From: a virus
Taxonomy: Duplodnaviria; Caudoviricetes
Reading direction: 5' to 3' (one strand)
Virus record (IMG/VR): IMGVR_UViG_2862173500_000001
Span: 1,235 to 65,234 of that record
DNA: 64,000 bases
In this document: positions 35,701-45,878 of the stretch, in pieces
Numbering within the stretch: the stretch's first letter is position 1
How the letters are laid out: the number at the start of each line of letters is the position of its first letter
Notes under the pieces: model-generated
Database searches by the model: none
Told to the model about the DNA's origin: nothing
Seen by the model: only the letters and a program-made list of their open reading frames with translations
Program-made: the position numbers and the translations under genes

Positions 35701-36273
35701 GTGCTGGCTTCCCCCGCTGACGTCGCCGCAGCCCTAGGGCTCGACGACGAGGACGAGCTCACCGCATCCCAGCGGGCCCGTATCGAGGGCCTATTGGAGA
35801 GGGTGTCTCGACTGTTTCAGCGGGAGGCTGGCCGCACCTTCACGGCAGGATCGGTGACTGTGCGCGCGCATGTCGTGGACGGTCGGGTGTACCTGCCCGA
35901 CCCACCCACTGGCACGAGCGTCACAGTCACCGACCTGTGCGGTGAATCCATCGACGGTGTAATCGAAGACAACTACGTCAACGTCACCCGCAACGGGAGC
36001 CGTATCCCCACAGGGGAAATCGTGCATGTCCAATACACCCGAGACGCACCACCTGCCGCAGTCGTGGCAGCAGTCGCGGGGATTGTCGCCCGGAACCTCA
36101 CCGTTGAACCCGGCTCACCCGAAGCCATGTCCACCGACCTCACCGCCGGTGCGGACTACCGCCAGCGGTTTGCCGACTGGGTTTCCTCCACCGCCCTGCT
36201 GACCGACGACGAGCTCGCGGAAGCCAGAAGCTACCGCTATCCCGTCCCCAACGTCATCATCCACCGCCTGTGA
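35701..36273 (+). CDS. Head-to-tail adaptor
   Basis: LAS.ADV...LG; position after the capsid gene. Confidence 0.8.
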   Translation: MLASPADVAAALGLDDEDELTASQRARIEGLLERVSRLFQREAGRTFTAGSVTVRAHVVDGRVYLPDPPTGTSVTVTDLCGESIDGVIEDNYVNVTRNGSRIPTGEIVHVQYTRDAPPAAVVAAVAGIVARNLTVEPGSPEAMSTDLTAGADYRQRFADWVSSTALLTDDELAEARSYRYPVPNVIIHRL

Positions 36274-36605
36274 GCTTCCAATCCCTGGCCCGAATCCCGG
36301 TGACACACACACCCGTAACGGGTGTCACCCAAGGCGGCATGGGCAACGATGTACCCACATTCGGGACACCCGTGTCGCGTAAGGCGTACTCATTCGGCAC
36401 TCACCGCACCGAGAACCTGGACGGTCACACATCCCAGGATATCGCCGAACGGGATCTCGAAATCCCGCCCGTGGCAGTGAATCTGATGGACCGCTTCACA
36501 GTCGACGGAACAACCTACGAAACAGTAGGTGTCCGGGACTACACGGGCGGATTCCATGGATGGAAGCCCGGCATCGTCGTCGAACTCAAGAAGGTCAACG
36601 GCTGA
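36270..36605 (+). CDS. Head-to-tail stopper
   Basis: DRFTVDG..YE.VG..DY..G....PG.VVELK.V.G. Confidence 0.85.
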   Translation: MSFQSLARIPVTHTPVTGVTQGGMGNDVPTFGTPVSRKAYSFGTHRTENLDGHTSQDIAERDLEIPPVAVNLMDRFTVDGTTYETVGVRDYTGGFHGWKPGIVVELKKVNG

Positions 36606-36880
36606 TGGCGCTCAAGTTCAACAAAAAGAACTGGAACGGCATCATCCGCCAGATCGTCGACACCGAAGGCGTCGAGCGCATGCAGCGCGTAGCCGATGCC
36701 TGTAACCAAGGGTTAGATACCGACGAAGCGCCCGGATACAGGGTATCCACCGAGGGTGACGAACCGTTGTCCAAGAACGGATACCGCGCCACCGTCATCA
36801 CGGCAGAAGCGGAGTCCATAGTCGACAACGCTGAGAACAACACGCTCGTCAAGAACTTTCACCTCGCAGGAGGTGAATAG
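36605..36880 (+). CDS. Neck / tail completion protein
   Basis: RATVIT......DNA.NNTL; position. Confidence 0.7.
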   Translation: MALKFNKKNWNGIIRQIVDTEGVERMQRVADACNQGLDTDEAPGYRVSTEGDEPLSKNGYRATVITAEAESIVDNAENNTLVKNFHLAGGE

Positions 36881-37255
36881 GTGTTCCCATACGCACCAAA
36901 AGTTGTCCGCGACTATCTCGCGGCCCAAACCGGGGTTCGAGTATCTGGTGACGTTCCCACTAATCGCCCGACCCCGCTAATCACCGTCAGTTCCGCGCCG
37001 ATAGGGCCAGAGCTGGACGGTGTCAAGCAACGCATTCTGTCGAAACGACGCCTGATCATTCAGTGCTGGCACGCAAATGAAATCGCCGCCGGTGAGCTCG
37101 CTGAGCAAGTGAGAGACCTGCTACTACAGGCCCCTTACGAGCACATCGGCATACGCCGCGTCAACATCATTGGCGAACCAGCCAAGTGGAATGAGCCTGG
37201 AACAGGTTCTCCGCGATTCCAACTCACGGTAGACGTGCTTCTGCGCGCTTCCTGA
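36881..37255 (+). CDS. Tail terminator
   Basis: VP..RP..LITV, IQCW, RFQLTV. Confidence 0.8.
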   Translation: MFPYAPKVVRDYLAAQTGVRVSGDVPTNRPTPLITVSSAPIGPELDGVKQRILSKRRLIIQCWHANEIAAGELAEQVRDLLLQAPYEHIGIRRVNIIGEPAKWNEPGTGSPRFQLTVDVLLRAS

Positions 37256-37301
37256 AAACCCTTTCGGTCCCGGCTGCACCGTGCCTTGAAAGGGGCCAAT
37301 C

Positions 37302-37889
37302 ATGGCGTCTGACGTCAAAAATGTTTACGCTGCCGAGCCTTTGGCGACTGGGTCATGCCTTGTTGCCCCAGTCGGCACCGCCCTCCCGACCACAGTAGGC
37401 GGGGCGTTGAATGTCGCGTTCGTCGACCTCGGCTATGTCGGCGAAGACGGTTTCACCGAAACCATGGAGCGCACCACCGAGGAAAAGAAGGCCTTTGGCG
37501 GTGACACGGTCAAGGTTCTACAGACCGAGTACAACCACACCTTCCAGTTCGTTCTTCTTGAATCACTCAAGGGTGATGTCCTGAAGGCCATCTATGGGGA
37601 GTCGAATGTAACGATCACCCCGGCGAACGGTTCTCATGGCACCCAGGTTGCGGTCAAGAAGAACTCCAAGAAACTGCCGCACATGTCGTGGGTTATTGAC
37701 ACCACCGACACGGAGTTGGATGCGAAGTACCGCAACGTCATCCCGGACGGTCAGATCACCGAAGTTGGCGACGTGACCATCGTGCACTCGGACACCATCT
37801 CCTATGAGGTGACTGTCAAGTGCTTCAAGGACGCTGACGGCAACTACGTGTACCTGTACACCGACGACGGCCAGGTAACGGGCTCCTAG
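37302..37889 (+). CDS. Major tail (tube) protein
   Basis: APVGTALPT, F.DLGYVGEDG, KAFGGD.V, VIPDGQITEVGD. Confidence 0.93.
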   Translation: MASDVKNVYAAEPLATGSCLVAPVGTALPTTVGGALNVAFVDLGYVGEDGFTETMERTTEEKKAFGGDTVKVLQTEYNHTFQFVLLESLKGDVLKAIYGESNVTITPANGSHGTQVAVKKNSKKLPHMSWVIDTTDTELDAKYRNVIPDGQITEVGDVTIVHSDTISYEVTVKCFKDADGNYVYLYTDDGQVTGS

Positions 37890-37975
37890 TCCCGGCGGGG
37901 CTTGTTCTTCTCACGCAGCCGGGACCGCAGGCCCCGCCGGTCTAACCGGCTGCACCTAACACTGAAAGGCTGCGA

Positions 37976-38233
37976 ATGTTTCTCTACAAATTCAACATTG
38001 GCGAAGGCGACGAAAAGGTTGAGCACTCAATCGCTTTGAAGCCCTTCGACCAGATCCCTACGGGCGTGCTCCGGAAGAACCGCGACAACGCCGAGGCCGG
38101 CATGTGGTCGATGTTCGAATGGGCGCTGACTGAAAAGGATCTGGAGCTGTTCGACCAGATGCCAGCCAAGAAGGTTGACGAGCTTATGACCGCTTGGCAG
38201 AAATATGCCAACGTCGACGTCCCAAAATCCTAG
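37976..38233 (+). CDS. Tail assembly chaperone (G)
   Basis: Follows the major tail gene; slippery CCCAAAA near its end. Confidence 0.85.
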   Translation: MFLYKFNIGEGDEKVEHSIALKPFDQIPTGVLRKNRDNAEAGMWSMFEWALTEKDLELFDQMPAKKVDELMTAWQKYANVDVPKS

Positions 38234-38664
38234 CGCTTCTAGCGCTTATTGACGAGCACCAGGACGAGCTAGAAGCCGATCTTCTCAACGCCGGATTTCG
38301 ATTGCGGCATTGTCCTTCACCGGAATTCACGTGGCGCGACCTACATGTGTTCGTGATGTTTCTAGATCGAGAATCCAGGGTGTTTCAGCGGCTACACCCC
38401 GACAAAGCCGATTGGACATTGACCAACCGGCTTCTGGCGATGGTTGTCAACTGCCTGCGCCTGCTCCTGTGGTCGAAGTCTAAAGACGGTCAGAAGAACC
38501 GCAAGCGGCCATCAATGATCGGCCCGGACATGCAAGACAAGAGCTCAGAACGCAAGGGCTCAAACGTGAAAGCCGCACCGCTATCACAGATTAAGGCGTC
38601 CCTAGGACGTGGCGACGAGTCGGTCGACAAGAGCAGGAAACTGCGGAATGTATTCGGGAGGTGA
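37976..38664 (+). CDS. Tail assembly chaperone G-T fusion via a -1 frameshift at 38221-38227
   Basis: C CCA AAA heptamer; the -1 frame continues PKILALL...WTLTNRLLA to 38664. Confidence 0.8.
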
Positions 38665-38667
38665 ACC

Positions 38668-41600
38668 GTGGCAGCTGAACTCGCGGCAGGATACCTCTCC
38701 TTAACGGTGCGGTACAAAGAGGCCCAAAAGGGAATCGGCGCACTATTCGACAACGCCCAAAAGCAGGCGCTGAGGTCTGGCGACAAGGCCGGATCAGACT
38801 TCTCGAGGGCCGCGTTGGCATCTGGCACGAAGGGGAACTCTCCCAGCAAGTGGTGGTCCCCATTCACGCGGGGAGCTGCAGCTGAGGGGCAGAAGGCTGG
38901 CCAGCAGTTCACCAAGGGCGCAGAATCGGCGACTTCACGCGGCCGGGTCACCTCACTGTTCTCCGGTGCCGCACGTACCGCTCAGGCGGAAGGCTCCGCC
39001 GCAGGCTCTCGTTTTGGCGAGGGTTTTAAGACGGCGCTCAAGGCATCCGGTGTTGTCGCAGCAGCCGGAGCCTTAGCTGTGGGGTTCAAGGCCGCGATAA
39101 CGACTGGCGTGGACTTTGAGCGGACCATGAACACCCTCTCGGGTGTCACTGGTGCTACCGCAGATCAGATGGGCCAGCTTCGCCAGCGCGCCAAGGATCT
39201 CGGTAACGACGTAAGCCTGTCCAGCACGTCCGCCGTCGATGCATCCCAGGCTATGACCGAACTAGCCAAGGCTGGTTTCACCGTCGACCAGTCCATGACC
39301 GCAGCTAAGGGCACCCTGCAGCTGGCCGCAGCGGCACAGATCTCCGCCGCCGAGGCGGCAACGATTCAGGCCAACGCCCTACAGGTCTTCGGCCTGAAGG
39401 CTGACTATGCGGCCAAGACCGCAGATGTACTAGCCAACACCGCAAACGCTACTTCGGCTGACATTACTGATGTGGCGTTCGCGATGCAGGCCGGTGGCTC
39501 CGTGGCATCCCAGTTCGGCCTAACCCTTGAGGACACCGCTGCCGCGATCGGCATGCTGGCCAACAACGGGATCAAGGGCTCCGATGCGGGCACCCTGTTG
39601 AAGGCCACCCTGCTCGCGCTAACTGACCAATCCAACCCTGCACAGGGTGCGATCCAAGAGCTTGGCCTTACCGTGTACAACGCGAGCGGCCAGTTCGTCG
39701 GCATGAGCTCGCTACTAGGGCAATTGGGTGAAGCCGCGAAGCGGATGACCCCCGAGATGTACCAGGCGGCTACCGGAACACTCTTCGGCTCCGATGCCGC
39801 ACGTCTAGCTGGAATTGCAGCCAAGGGCGGAAGCGAAGGATATGACCAACTCCGTAAGGCCGTCGAGAAGCAGGGTGCCGCAGCAGATTTAGCCGCAGCG
39901 CAGAACAAGGGCCTACCTGGCGTTATTGAGCGGATCAAGAATGCCGTTGAGACCGCATCGATCTCGTTCTTTGAGCTCATTGACGGGCCGCTACAGTCGG
40001 TCGGCGATGGCCTGACCGGATTCGTTAACACGATGCAAACGGCATTCGCGTCGGACTCGGTCAAGCAGGCCGCATCTACCCTCGGAACCGCCATCGGTGG
40101 GGTAGGCAAGGCCATTGGCGAGATTGCCCAAAACGTAGGCCCCGCACTCATTTCAGGGCTAAGCGAAGCGGTCAACCTGTTCGAACGGTTCAAGGCCGTC
40201 ATCATCCCGCTAGTTGCCGGGTTCGTGGCCTACAAGACCACCGTTCTAGTGATAATCGGTATCACCAAGCTATGGGCCGCCGCTCAGGCGATCCTGAACA
40301 TCGCGCTGACGGCCAACCCAATCGGCCTGATTGTCGCCGCGATCGCAGCGCTCGTCGCCGGTGTCATCCTGGCCTACAAGAACTCTGAGACATTCCGCAA
40401 GATAGTCCAAACCTCCTGGGCTGCTATCAAGACGGTCGTTGGCGTGGCGTGGAGCTTCTTGAAGACCGTATTCGCGGCGATGAAGCCCGCCTTCGAGGCG
40501 ATCGGTATCGCAGCGATGTGGCTATGGGAGAACGCCATTAAGCCCGCCTGGGAGGGGATCAAGCAGGGTATTGGCCTTGCCTGGGAAGTCGTATCTGACA
40601 TCTTCAACAACTGGGTGCGCGTCGGGAAGATTGTCGGCGAAGGCGCGATGTGGTTGTGGAACAACGCCATTAAGCCCGCGTGGGACGGCATCAGGACCGC
40701 CATCAGTGCGGCATGGGACTTCGTTTCTCCGATCCTAGACAAGTTCCAGGCCGGTTGGGATTCCCTCAAGTCTGGAATTTCCGGCGCGGCGAACGCGATT
40801 AAAGATGCTGTCACAGCGGCGTTCTCGGGGCTTGGTGCGGTTATCAAGTTGCCACTGAAGATTCTCGGCGGCTTTCTGTCTTCCATCCCGACCTCAGTCT
40901 TTGGGTTTGAAGTTCCCGGAGCGGACAAGCTCAACCAGTGGGGTAAGTCCCTGCAGGGGTTCTCTGGCGGCGGCCCAGTACGTGGCCCTGGAACCGGTAC
41001 CTCTGATTCCATCCTGGCCTGGCTATCTGACGGTGAAGGTGTTGTCACGGCCAAGGGTATGAGCAATGGTGGCGCGGGAATCGTCGCCGCCCTCAATGCC
41101 GGCTGGGTGCCTTCGGCTTCATACCTGCGGGACATGATGATCCCCGGCTTCGCCGAGGGCTTGAACCCTGGCGCGAACTACCTGCGGTCGATGGTGATGA
41201 AGCTGTGGCCGCAGATCTCCAGCATTGGTGGCCGACGTTCCGAAGACGGCTTCGGCGAGCATTCGACGGGGAACGCCCTCGACATCATGATCCCTGGCTA
41301 CGACACCCCCATGGGTAAGGCACTGGGTGATGCCGTAGCGGCATTCGTCGTCAAGAACGCAGGAATCCTCGGGCTAGACGGGCTCATTTGGCGCCAAACG
41401 AGCTACGGCTACGGCGGATCACTGACCGACGGCAAGGCCATGCCGGACCGCGGGGATGACAACCAGAACCACATGAACCACCTGCATGTCATGTTGGGCA
41501 AGGGCCGTGGATCCGGTGCCGCTGCCGTGGGATTGCCCACCAGCTCCGTGTCATTACCCTCCGGCGGCTCAGCGTCGGTGTCCCCGCTCGGGTTCGGCTC

Positions 41601-42414
41601 TGGTTCTACCGGGGGTGGCGCTTCGTCGAAGCAGACGCGAGAAGCCGACGACCGCATCAGCGACCTGTCGAACCGACTCGATGTTACAGAGCAGGAACTC
41701 GCCGACCTCGAATCAAATCCGAAGGCCAAGGAGACCACAAAGCAGCGCAAGCGCGACATGGTCGACAAGCTCAAGCGAGATCTCCAGCAAGCCAAAGACG
41801 ATCGGGCCGGACTGGATCTACAGGGCGGATCAAGCTCTGGCGGGTCGGCCAATAACCCGATAGCGAAGATCTCCGAGGGCCTCAAGGAGCTGATGCCCAA
41901 CTTCGGCGAGCTCGCCGATACCGGGGTTGGTGGATTGACGGAGACTCTACTTCCCGACGGTTTCTCAAACCCGATGGACTGGGGCATCTTCAAGGCCGGT
42001 TCAACGCTACTGAAGTTCTTCGGCGGGCTCCGTAAAGAATCAGACGGCTCCCCGCTACTTGGCGAAGGCGGGGCGGCATTCGCCAACATCGCAGGATCCG
42101 CTATGGGCGGATCGGGTAGCGGTGTCGTAGACGCAATCACTGGATTGCTCCCACAGCCATTCGGTGGCGGCATAGCCCAGCCCGGAGATTTCCAGGGTGG
42201 AAATCAGCTAGGGCGCCCCGGCATGGATCCTGCCGTGGGATTTGTGCCTGGCCAAAACCCCGGCATTGGTGGCGGCCCAATGGACCAGTCCACGAATGTG
42301 AACTTCAACGGGCCGGTCGGCGCCAACGCTGGGGATGTAGTCAACAAAGTCAACGACGGATACAACTCCAACTGGCGTCGCAACTTCGGTACGGCACGAG
42401 TGGGGGCGCCCTAA
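38668..42414 (+). CDS. Tape measure protein (TP901-type core; C-terminal peptidase-like motif)
   Basis: ELA.GYLSL, GIKGSDAGT.LK, ALTANPIGLI, Trp repeats, GPGTGTSDSI, EH.TG.ALDIMIP...HMNHLHV. Confidence 0.95.
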   Translation: MAAELAAGYLSLTVRYKEAQKGIGALFDNAQKQALRSGDKAGSDFSRAALASGTKGNSPSKWWSPFTRGAAAEGQKAGQQFTKGAESATSRGRVTSLFSGAARTAQAEGSAAGSRFGEGFKTALKASGVVAAAGALAVGFKAAITTGVDFERTMNTLSGVTGATADQMGQLRQRAKDLGNDVSLSSTSAVDASQAMTELAKAGFTVDQSMTAAKGTLQLAAAAQISAAEAATIQANALQVFGLKADYAAKTADVLANTANATSADITDVAFAMQAGGSVASQFGLTLEDTAAAIGMLANNGIKGSDAGTLLKATLLALTDQSNPAQGAIQELGLTVYNASGQFVGMSSLLGQLGEAAKRMTPEMYQAATGTLFGSDAARLAGIAAKGGSEGYDQLRKAVEKQGAAADLAAAQNKGLPGVIERIKNAVETASISFFELIDGPLQSVGDGLTGFVNTMQTAFASDSVKQAASTLGTAIGGVGKAIGEIAQNVGPALISGLSEAVNLFERFKAVIIPLVAGFVAYKTTVLVIIGITKLWAAAQAILNIALTANPIGLIVAAIAALVAGVILAYKNSETFRKIVQTSWAAIKTVVGVAWSFLKTVFAAMKPAFEAIGIAAMWLWENAIKPAWEGIKQGIGLAWEVVSDIFNNWVRVGKIVGEGAMWLWNNAIKPAWDGIRTAISAAWDFVSPILDKFQAGWDSLKSGISGAANAIKDAVTAAFSGLGAVIKLPLKILGGFLSSIPTSVFGFEVPGADKLNQWGKSLQGFSGGGPVRGPGTGTSDSILAWLSDGEGVVTAKGMSNGGAGIVAALNAGWVPSASYLRDMMIPGFAEGLNPGANYLRSMVMKLWPQISSIGGRRSEDGFGEHSTGNALDIMIPGYDTPMGKALGDAVAAFVVKNAGILGLDGLIWRQTSYGYGGSLTDGKAMPDRGDDNQNHMNHLHVMLGKGRGSGAAAVGLPTSSVSLPSGGSASVSPLGFGSGSTGGGASSKQTREADDRISDLSNRLDVTEQELADLESNPKAKETTKQRKRDMVDKLKRDLQQAKDDRAGLDLQGGSSSGGSANNPIAKISEGLKELMPNFGELADTGVGGLTETLLPDGFSNPMDWGIFKAGSTLLKFFGGLRKESDGSPLLGEGGAAFANIAGSAMGGSGSGVVDAITGLLPQPFGGGIAQPGDFQGGNQLGRPGMDPAVGFVPGQNPGIGGGPMDQSTNVNFNGPVGANAGDVVNKVNDGYNSNWRRNFGTARVGAP

Positions 42415-43521
42415 ATGGCCGACTTCAATCTCCACGGCATCCACAAGCCCCCGACAGAGGACTTCTACGGTCTGCCTGAGTATTTGAAGGCAACCAAAAT
42501 GAAGGTTGTCCTAATCGGGGTTCCACACCCTTCCACGGGCAAGCGGCTGATGTGGAACCTCGCAGGCACCAATGCGGGTCGCGAGGGCGTCATCCTCGCC
42601 CCGCAGCTCTCGGGGATGATGCACGTCCCATTCGAACAGCTGATGTCCGAGGGCCCGTACACAATCGGCGCGATCCCGGAGCGGGTCGACTGGAAGAAGC
42701 GTGAGATCAACTTCGGGGTCCATATCAACCCCGATGTGGCGCCGTGGATCTCCCGAAACGGCGAATTGATCGACAACCCGTTCCGCTACGGGATCCTCGA
42801 GGACCGCTGGTGGGGCTCCTGGTCGGCCAAGGAAGACGGCTACCTAGGGGTGTGGACCCGCACCCACGGGTGGCGGTTCCTGCGCGTCCGATTGGCCTCA
42901 GACCCCAAGACCGCCTTCCAGCTCGACCCTACGGCCATGGGCAACAACTTCATGTCCTGGGACATGACGATCGTTGCCGTCCAGCCGTATTGGGCGAAGC
43001 GCTCCGAGTACTCGACGTGGAAGAACACGATCGATACCTCCACCATCTGGGACCAGATCGAAGATCTTCTGAACGAGTTCATCCCCGGTCTAGATGTGGG
43101 TGAAGGGGTCATCACCGTCCCCAATCGGGGCGATCAAGCTTCATATCCGAAGTTCATTGTCTCTTCACCGGGTAAGGCGTGGATTCAAGAGGGCGACAGG
43201 TGGGTTCCCCTGCCACTGTTGACCCCGCAGGACGGGTATGTGCTGGTCGATACCGACCCCAACGCCCGCACCCTCACAGCCTCTACAGACCCGGTGGATC
43301 CGCTGTTCTACAAGATCCTGCGCAACTCGCAGCTGTTGGACTTCTTCCTACATGACATCTTGAGTTCCACACTGCCGGTGTGGCGGCGCATGCGGGAATC
43401 CTTCACTGACGCAAGCCTTGTCCCACCGAAAACGGTTGCGAAGCTGAAGGTTCGGCATTCCAACGCCAACGGATCCATCACGGCGATCGTCCCCCAACGC
43501 TACGGGATGGCTTACGGGTGA
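42415..43521 (+). CDS. Minor tail protein (distal tail-like)
   Basis: First gene after the tape measure; W.LAG...G.EGV, G.RFL.VRL, NRGD...YP. Confidence 0.85.
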   Translation: MADFNLHGIHKPPTEDFYGLPEYLKATKMKVVLIGVPHPSTGKRLMWNLAGTNAGREGVILAPQLSGMMHVPFEQLMSEGPYTIGAIPERVDWKKREINFGVHINPDVAPWISRNGELIDNPFRYGILEDRWWGSWSAKEDGYLGVWTRTHGWRFLRVRLASDPKTAFQLDPTAMGNNFMSWDMTIVAVQPYWAKRSEYSTWKNTIDTSTIWDQIEDLLNEFIPGLDVGEGVITVPNRGDQASYPKFIVSSPGKAWIQEGDRWVPLPLLTPQDGYVLVDTDPNARTLTASTDPVDPLFYKILRNSQLLDFFLHDILSSTLPVWRRMRESFTDASLVPPKTVAKLKVRHSNANGSITAIVPQRYGMAYG

Positions 43522-45308
43522 GCTGGAACGTCGACCTCACTGGCCTCTCATCCCCACACGAGATCTTGGACCGCATCATCGGCGCCACCCAAGCACCAAC
43601 CGTCGGCGACCCTATGTCCGCGTACCGGTACCTCGAGGCCCGTCGTCAGACGCAAATCGCTGAGACCAAGCAGCGGCCCCTACTTAGGTTGTGGGACAAG
43701 AATATGCAGCCGATCGGCACGATCGCCCAAGAAAAGAGCGTACGTGTCGAAGAGGTGATGGCCGATTCCGGCACTGGTACATGCGTGATCCGGCGCGACA
43801 ACTGGTTGTCGGACTTCATCCTGTATGACCGCCGAGCCGAAGAGGATCTGCACTTCACCCTTGACCCCAATCCGACCAACCGGTCCTGGCGGACTAGGTG
43901 GGGCGGGAAAGTCACCGGGGTTACCGCTAAGCGCTCCAACGATGGGTTGCACACCGTCGAGATGGAGATGGTTCACAACCGCGAGCATGTAAAACACCTG
44001 CTGGCTGGCGCGAATCCGATCTTCCCGCCGGAGATCCAGTTCCCGAAGATGTTCATCCTCCCCTGGAACTGCCGTACCGCAGTTTCCCTGACGATGTTCA
44101 TTAACCTTGCCCGGCAATTCTTTCCGCTGCTGTCGATTCCGACGAACATCTTCAATCCTGGCGCGTGGTTGGGGGTCGCGGACATCATCGGCGGCTTCGA
44201 TCCGCTGTTATGGCCAGTGCAGGTGCAGTTCGTCAACCCGCCCTTCGACCAGTCCCGCACGACGATCCTCACCTCACGATGGACGGACATCCACACCGTC
44301 ACTGCGCCGCTGCTTGAGGATGCGGGCTGCATGATCCGCGCCTACACGTGGCTCACTGAGGATAAGGACTCGCCACATCCCGAACTGGGAACCCTGGCAG
44401 GGCAGCTGGCTCGCCCCCATCGCAACGCTGTGATCCTGGCGGTTGAGGACAAGTCCGGCGTAACTGGGCCTACGGGAACGCTTTTGGATGGCCCGATCAA
44501 TCTGATCGCGTCCACGGCGGACGACATGATCACCGAAACCCTCTCCAGTGTCATAGATCTAGACAGGGACAACGACGGCGAGACAGATCCGCTGATCCGC
44601 AAGTGGTTCGGCGTAGCACCAAAGCCGCCATGGGTTGTCTTCAAGGACGGCGAGTACTCCGGAATCGTCGAATCCCAGAGAACAATGCACGGCGCCACAG
44701 CAAAGACCATCATGATCGGCGGACGTTCTCCGGGGTGGGTGAACCAGCTCCAGACATTCGGAATCAAGTATGCGCTCTCACAGTTATCTGCCGTCATTTC
44801 ATACGGTTTGGGCGCTTACCAGCAACCAGGTACTCCCGGTCTAGAGGAGCTCTACCAGGGTCAGTTGGACGACACGCTGCTGGCCTGGCAACGGTTTACC
44901 GACCCGATCCGCGCCATCCGCATGGGCGATTTCGGGTTCTTGGAGCACTTCGAGCAGGGTGGCGGCGGTACCGCATACACCGTCTCGGGGATTCTGAATC
45001 TGCGCTCGGGGCATTGGAAAACACGGGCCTACACGAGCTTTAAGACATCCATCCGCAATGGGATGCCTTACCTGCTGGACACCGATTTCACCCTCGGTGA
45101 CCGGTTGGGGTTCCAGATGGCCAACGTCATCCACGTTGACCAATGCACCGCTATCCGTAGGTCTTACGACGAGTCCACCCCCATGACAATCGAACTGTCG
45201 ATCGGGGACGACTCTGAAGAAGAAGATCCCGTAGCAAAAGCCACCCGCACCCTCGCCGCAGTGTGGGGGCTGATGGGCATGTTCCTCGGTTCAACAGACG
45301 TCTTCTAA
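43518..45308 (+). CDS. Minor tail protein (baseplate hub, Gp37-like)
   Basis: RPLLRLWDKNM, WGG.V, NP.FPPE.QFPK, DF.LGDR.GF. Confidence 0.88.
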   Translation: MSWNVDLTGLSSPHEILDRIIGATQAPTVGDPMSAYRYLEARRQTQIAETKQRPLLRLWDKNMQPIGTIAQEKSVRVEEVMADSGTGTCVIRRDNWLSDFILYDRRAEEDLHFTLDPNPTNRSWRTRWGGKVTGVTAKRSNDGLHTVEMEMVHNREHVKHLLAGANPIFPPEIQFPKMFILPWNCRTAVSLTMFINLARQFFPLLSIPTNIFNPGAWLGVADIIGGFDPLLWPVQVQFVNPPFDQSRTTILTSRWTDIHTVTAPLLEDAGCMIRAYTWLTEDKDSPHPELGTLAGQLARPHRNAVILAVEDKSGVTGPTGTLLDGPINLIASTADDMITETLSSVIDLDRDNDGETDPLIRKWFGVAPKPPWVVFKDGEYSGIVESQRTMHGATAKTIMIGGRSPGWVNQLQTFGIKYALSQLSAVISYGLGAYQQPGTPGLEELYQGQLDDTLLAWQRFTDPIRAIRMGDFGFLEHFEQGGGGTAYTVSGILNLRSGHWKTRAYTSFKTSIRNGMPYLLDTDFTLGDRLGFQMANVIHVDQCTAIRRSYDESTPMTIELSIGDDSEEEDPVAKATRTLAAVWGLMGMFLGSTDVF

Positions 45309-45315
45309 GGGAGTC

Positions 45316-45819
45316 ATGGAACTTAGCGATACCAACGCATTCAAGAACTACGCCAAGAAGCAAGAGGTAGAAGAGGCGGCGAAGCGGGACATGCTCGCCG
45401 CCTACGGCAAGTTCCTGGAGGACTGCCACTACCCGGTGGCCAAAGACGGAACCGTGATGGACGCCTCGTATTTCGTGGCCCACATCGGATACCACATGGT
45501 CCGAATGGGCTGGCGGCCTCCCGGCATGGATCCTGCGGAACCGGTGATCAAGAAGCAGAAGGTTGTCGGCCCCGGAGTGATAGAGGACGCCGTCAAATGG
45601 GTTCCGATGGATGCCCCGGACGACCCGCTAGAACACCTGGACACGATGACTTTCGCTGAGATCTCCGCACTTCCAGAGGATCTGAAGGTTGAGGCGGCAC
45701 GGCGGTTGAACAAGGGGCGGTTTGATCACGACCTCGCTGATCCGGAACCGTCCTGGCAAGTCACCCCGAACATCTCGATCACCGACGAAGAACCGTCCGG
45801 TGAGGACTTCCTTAAGTAA
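45316..45819 (+). CDS. Minor tail protein (Gp29/DUF2744-like)
   Basis: P.IKK, WVPMDAPD. Confidence 0.8.
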   Translation: MELSDTNAFKNYAKKQEVEEAAKRDMLAAYGKFLEDCHYPVAKDGTVMDASYFVAHIGYHMVRMGWRPPGMDPAEPVIKKQKVVGPGVIEDAVKWVPMDAPDDPLEHLDTMTFAEISALPEDLKVEAARRLNKGRFDHDLADPEPSWQVTPNISITDEEPSGEDFLK

Positions 45820-45834
45820 CCCGATTTCCCCCGT

Positions 45835-45861
45835 AAAACCCCTGCTGCGGCGGGGGTTTTC
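45835..45861 (+). terminator. Intrinsic terminator-like hairpin
   Basis: AAAACCCCTGC-TGCG-GCGGGGGTTTT. Confidence 0.6.
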
Positions 45862-45878
45862 GTGTGTGAGGAGTAGCT

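Noticed and set aside
31022-42173. Long minus-strand ORFs (31022-31834, 34246-34872, 39405-40205, 40374-41135, 41409-42173)
   Set aside because: Antisense shadows of the terminase, scaffold and tape measure genes.
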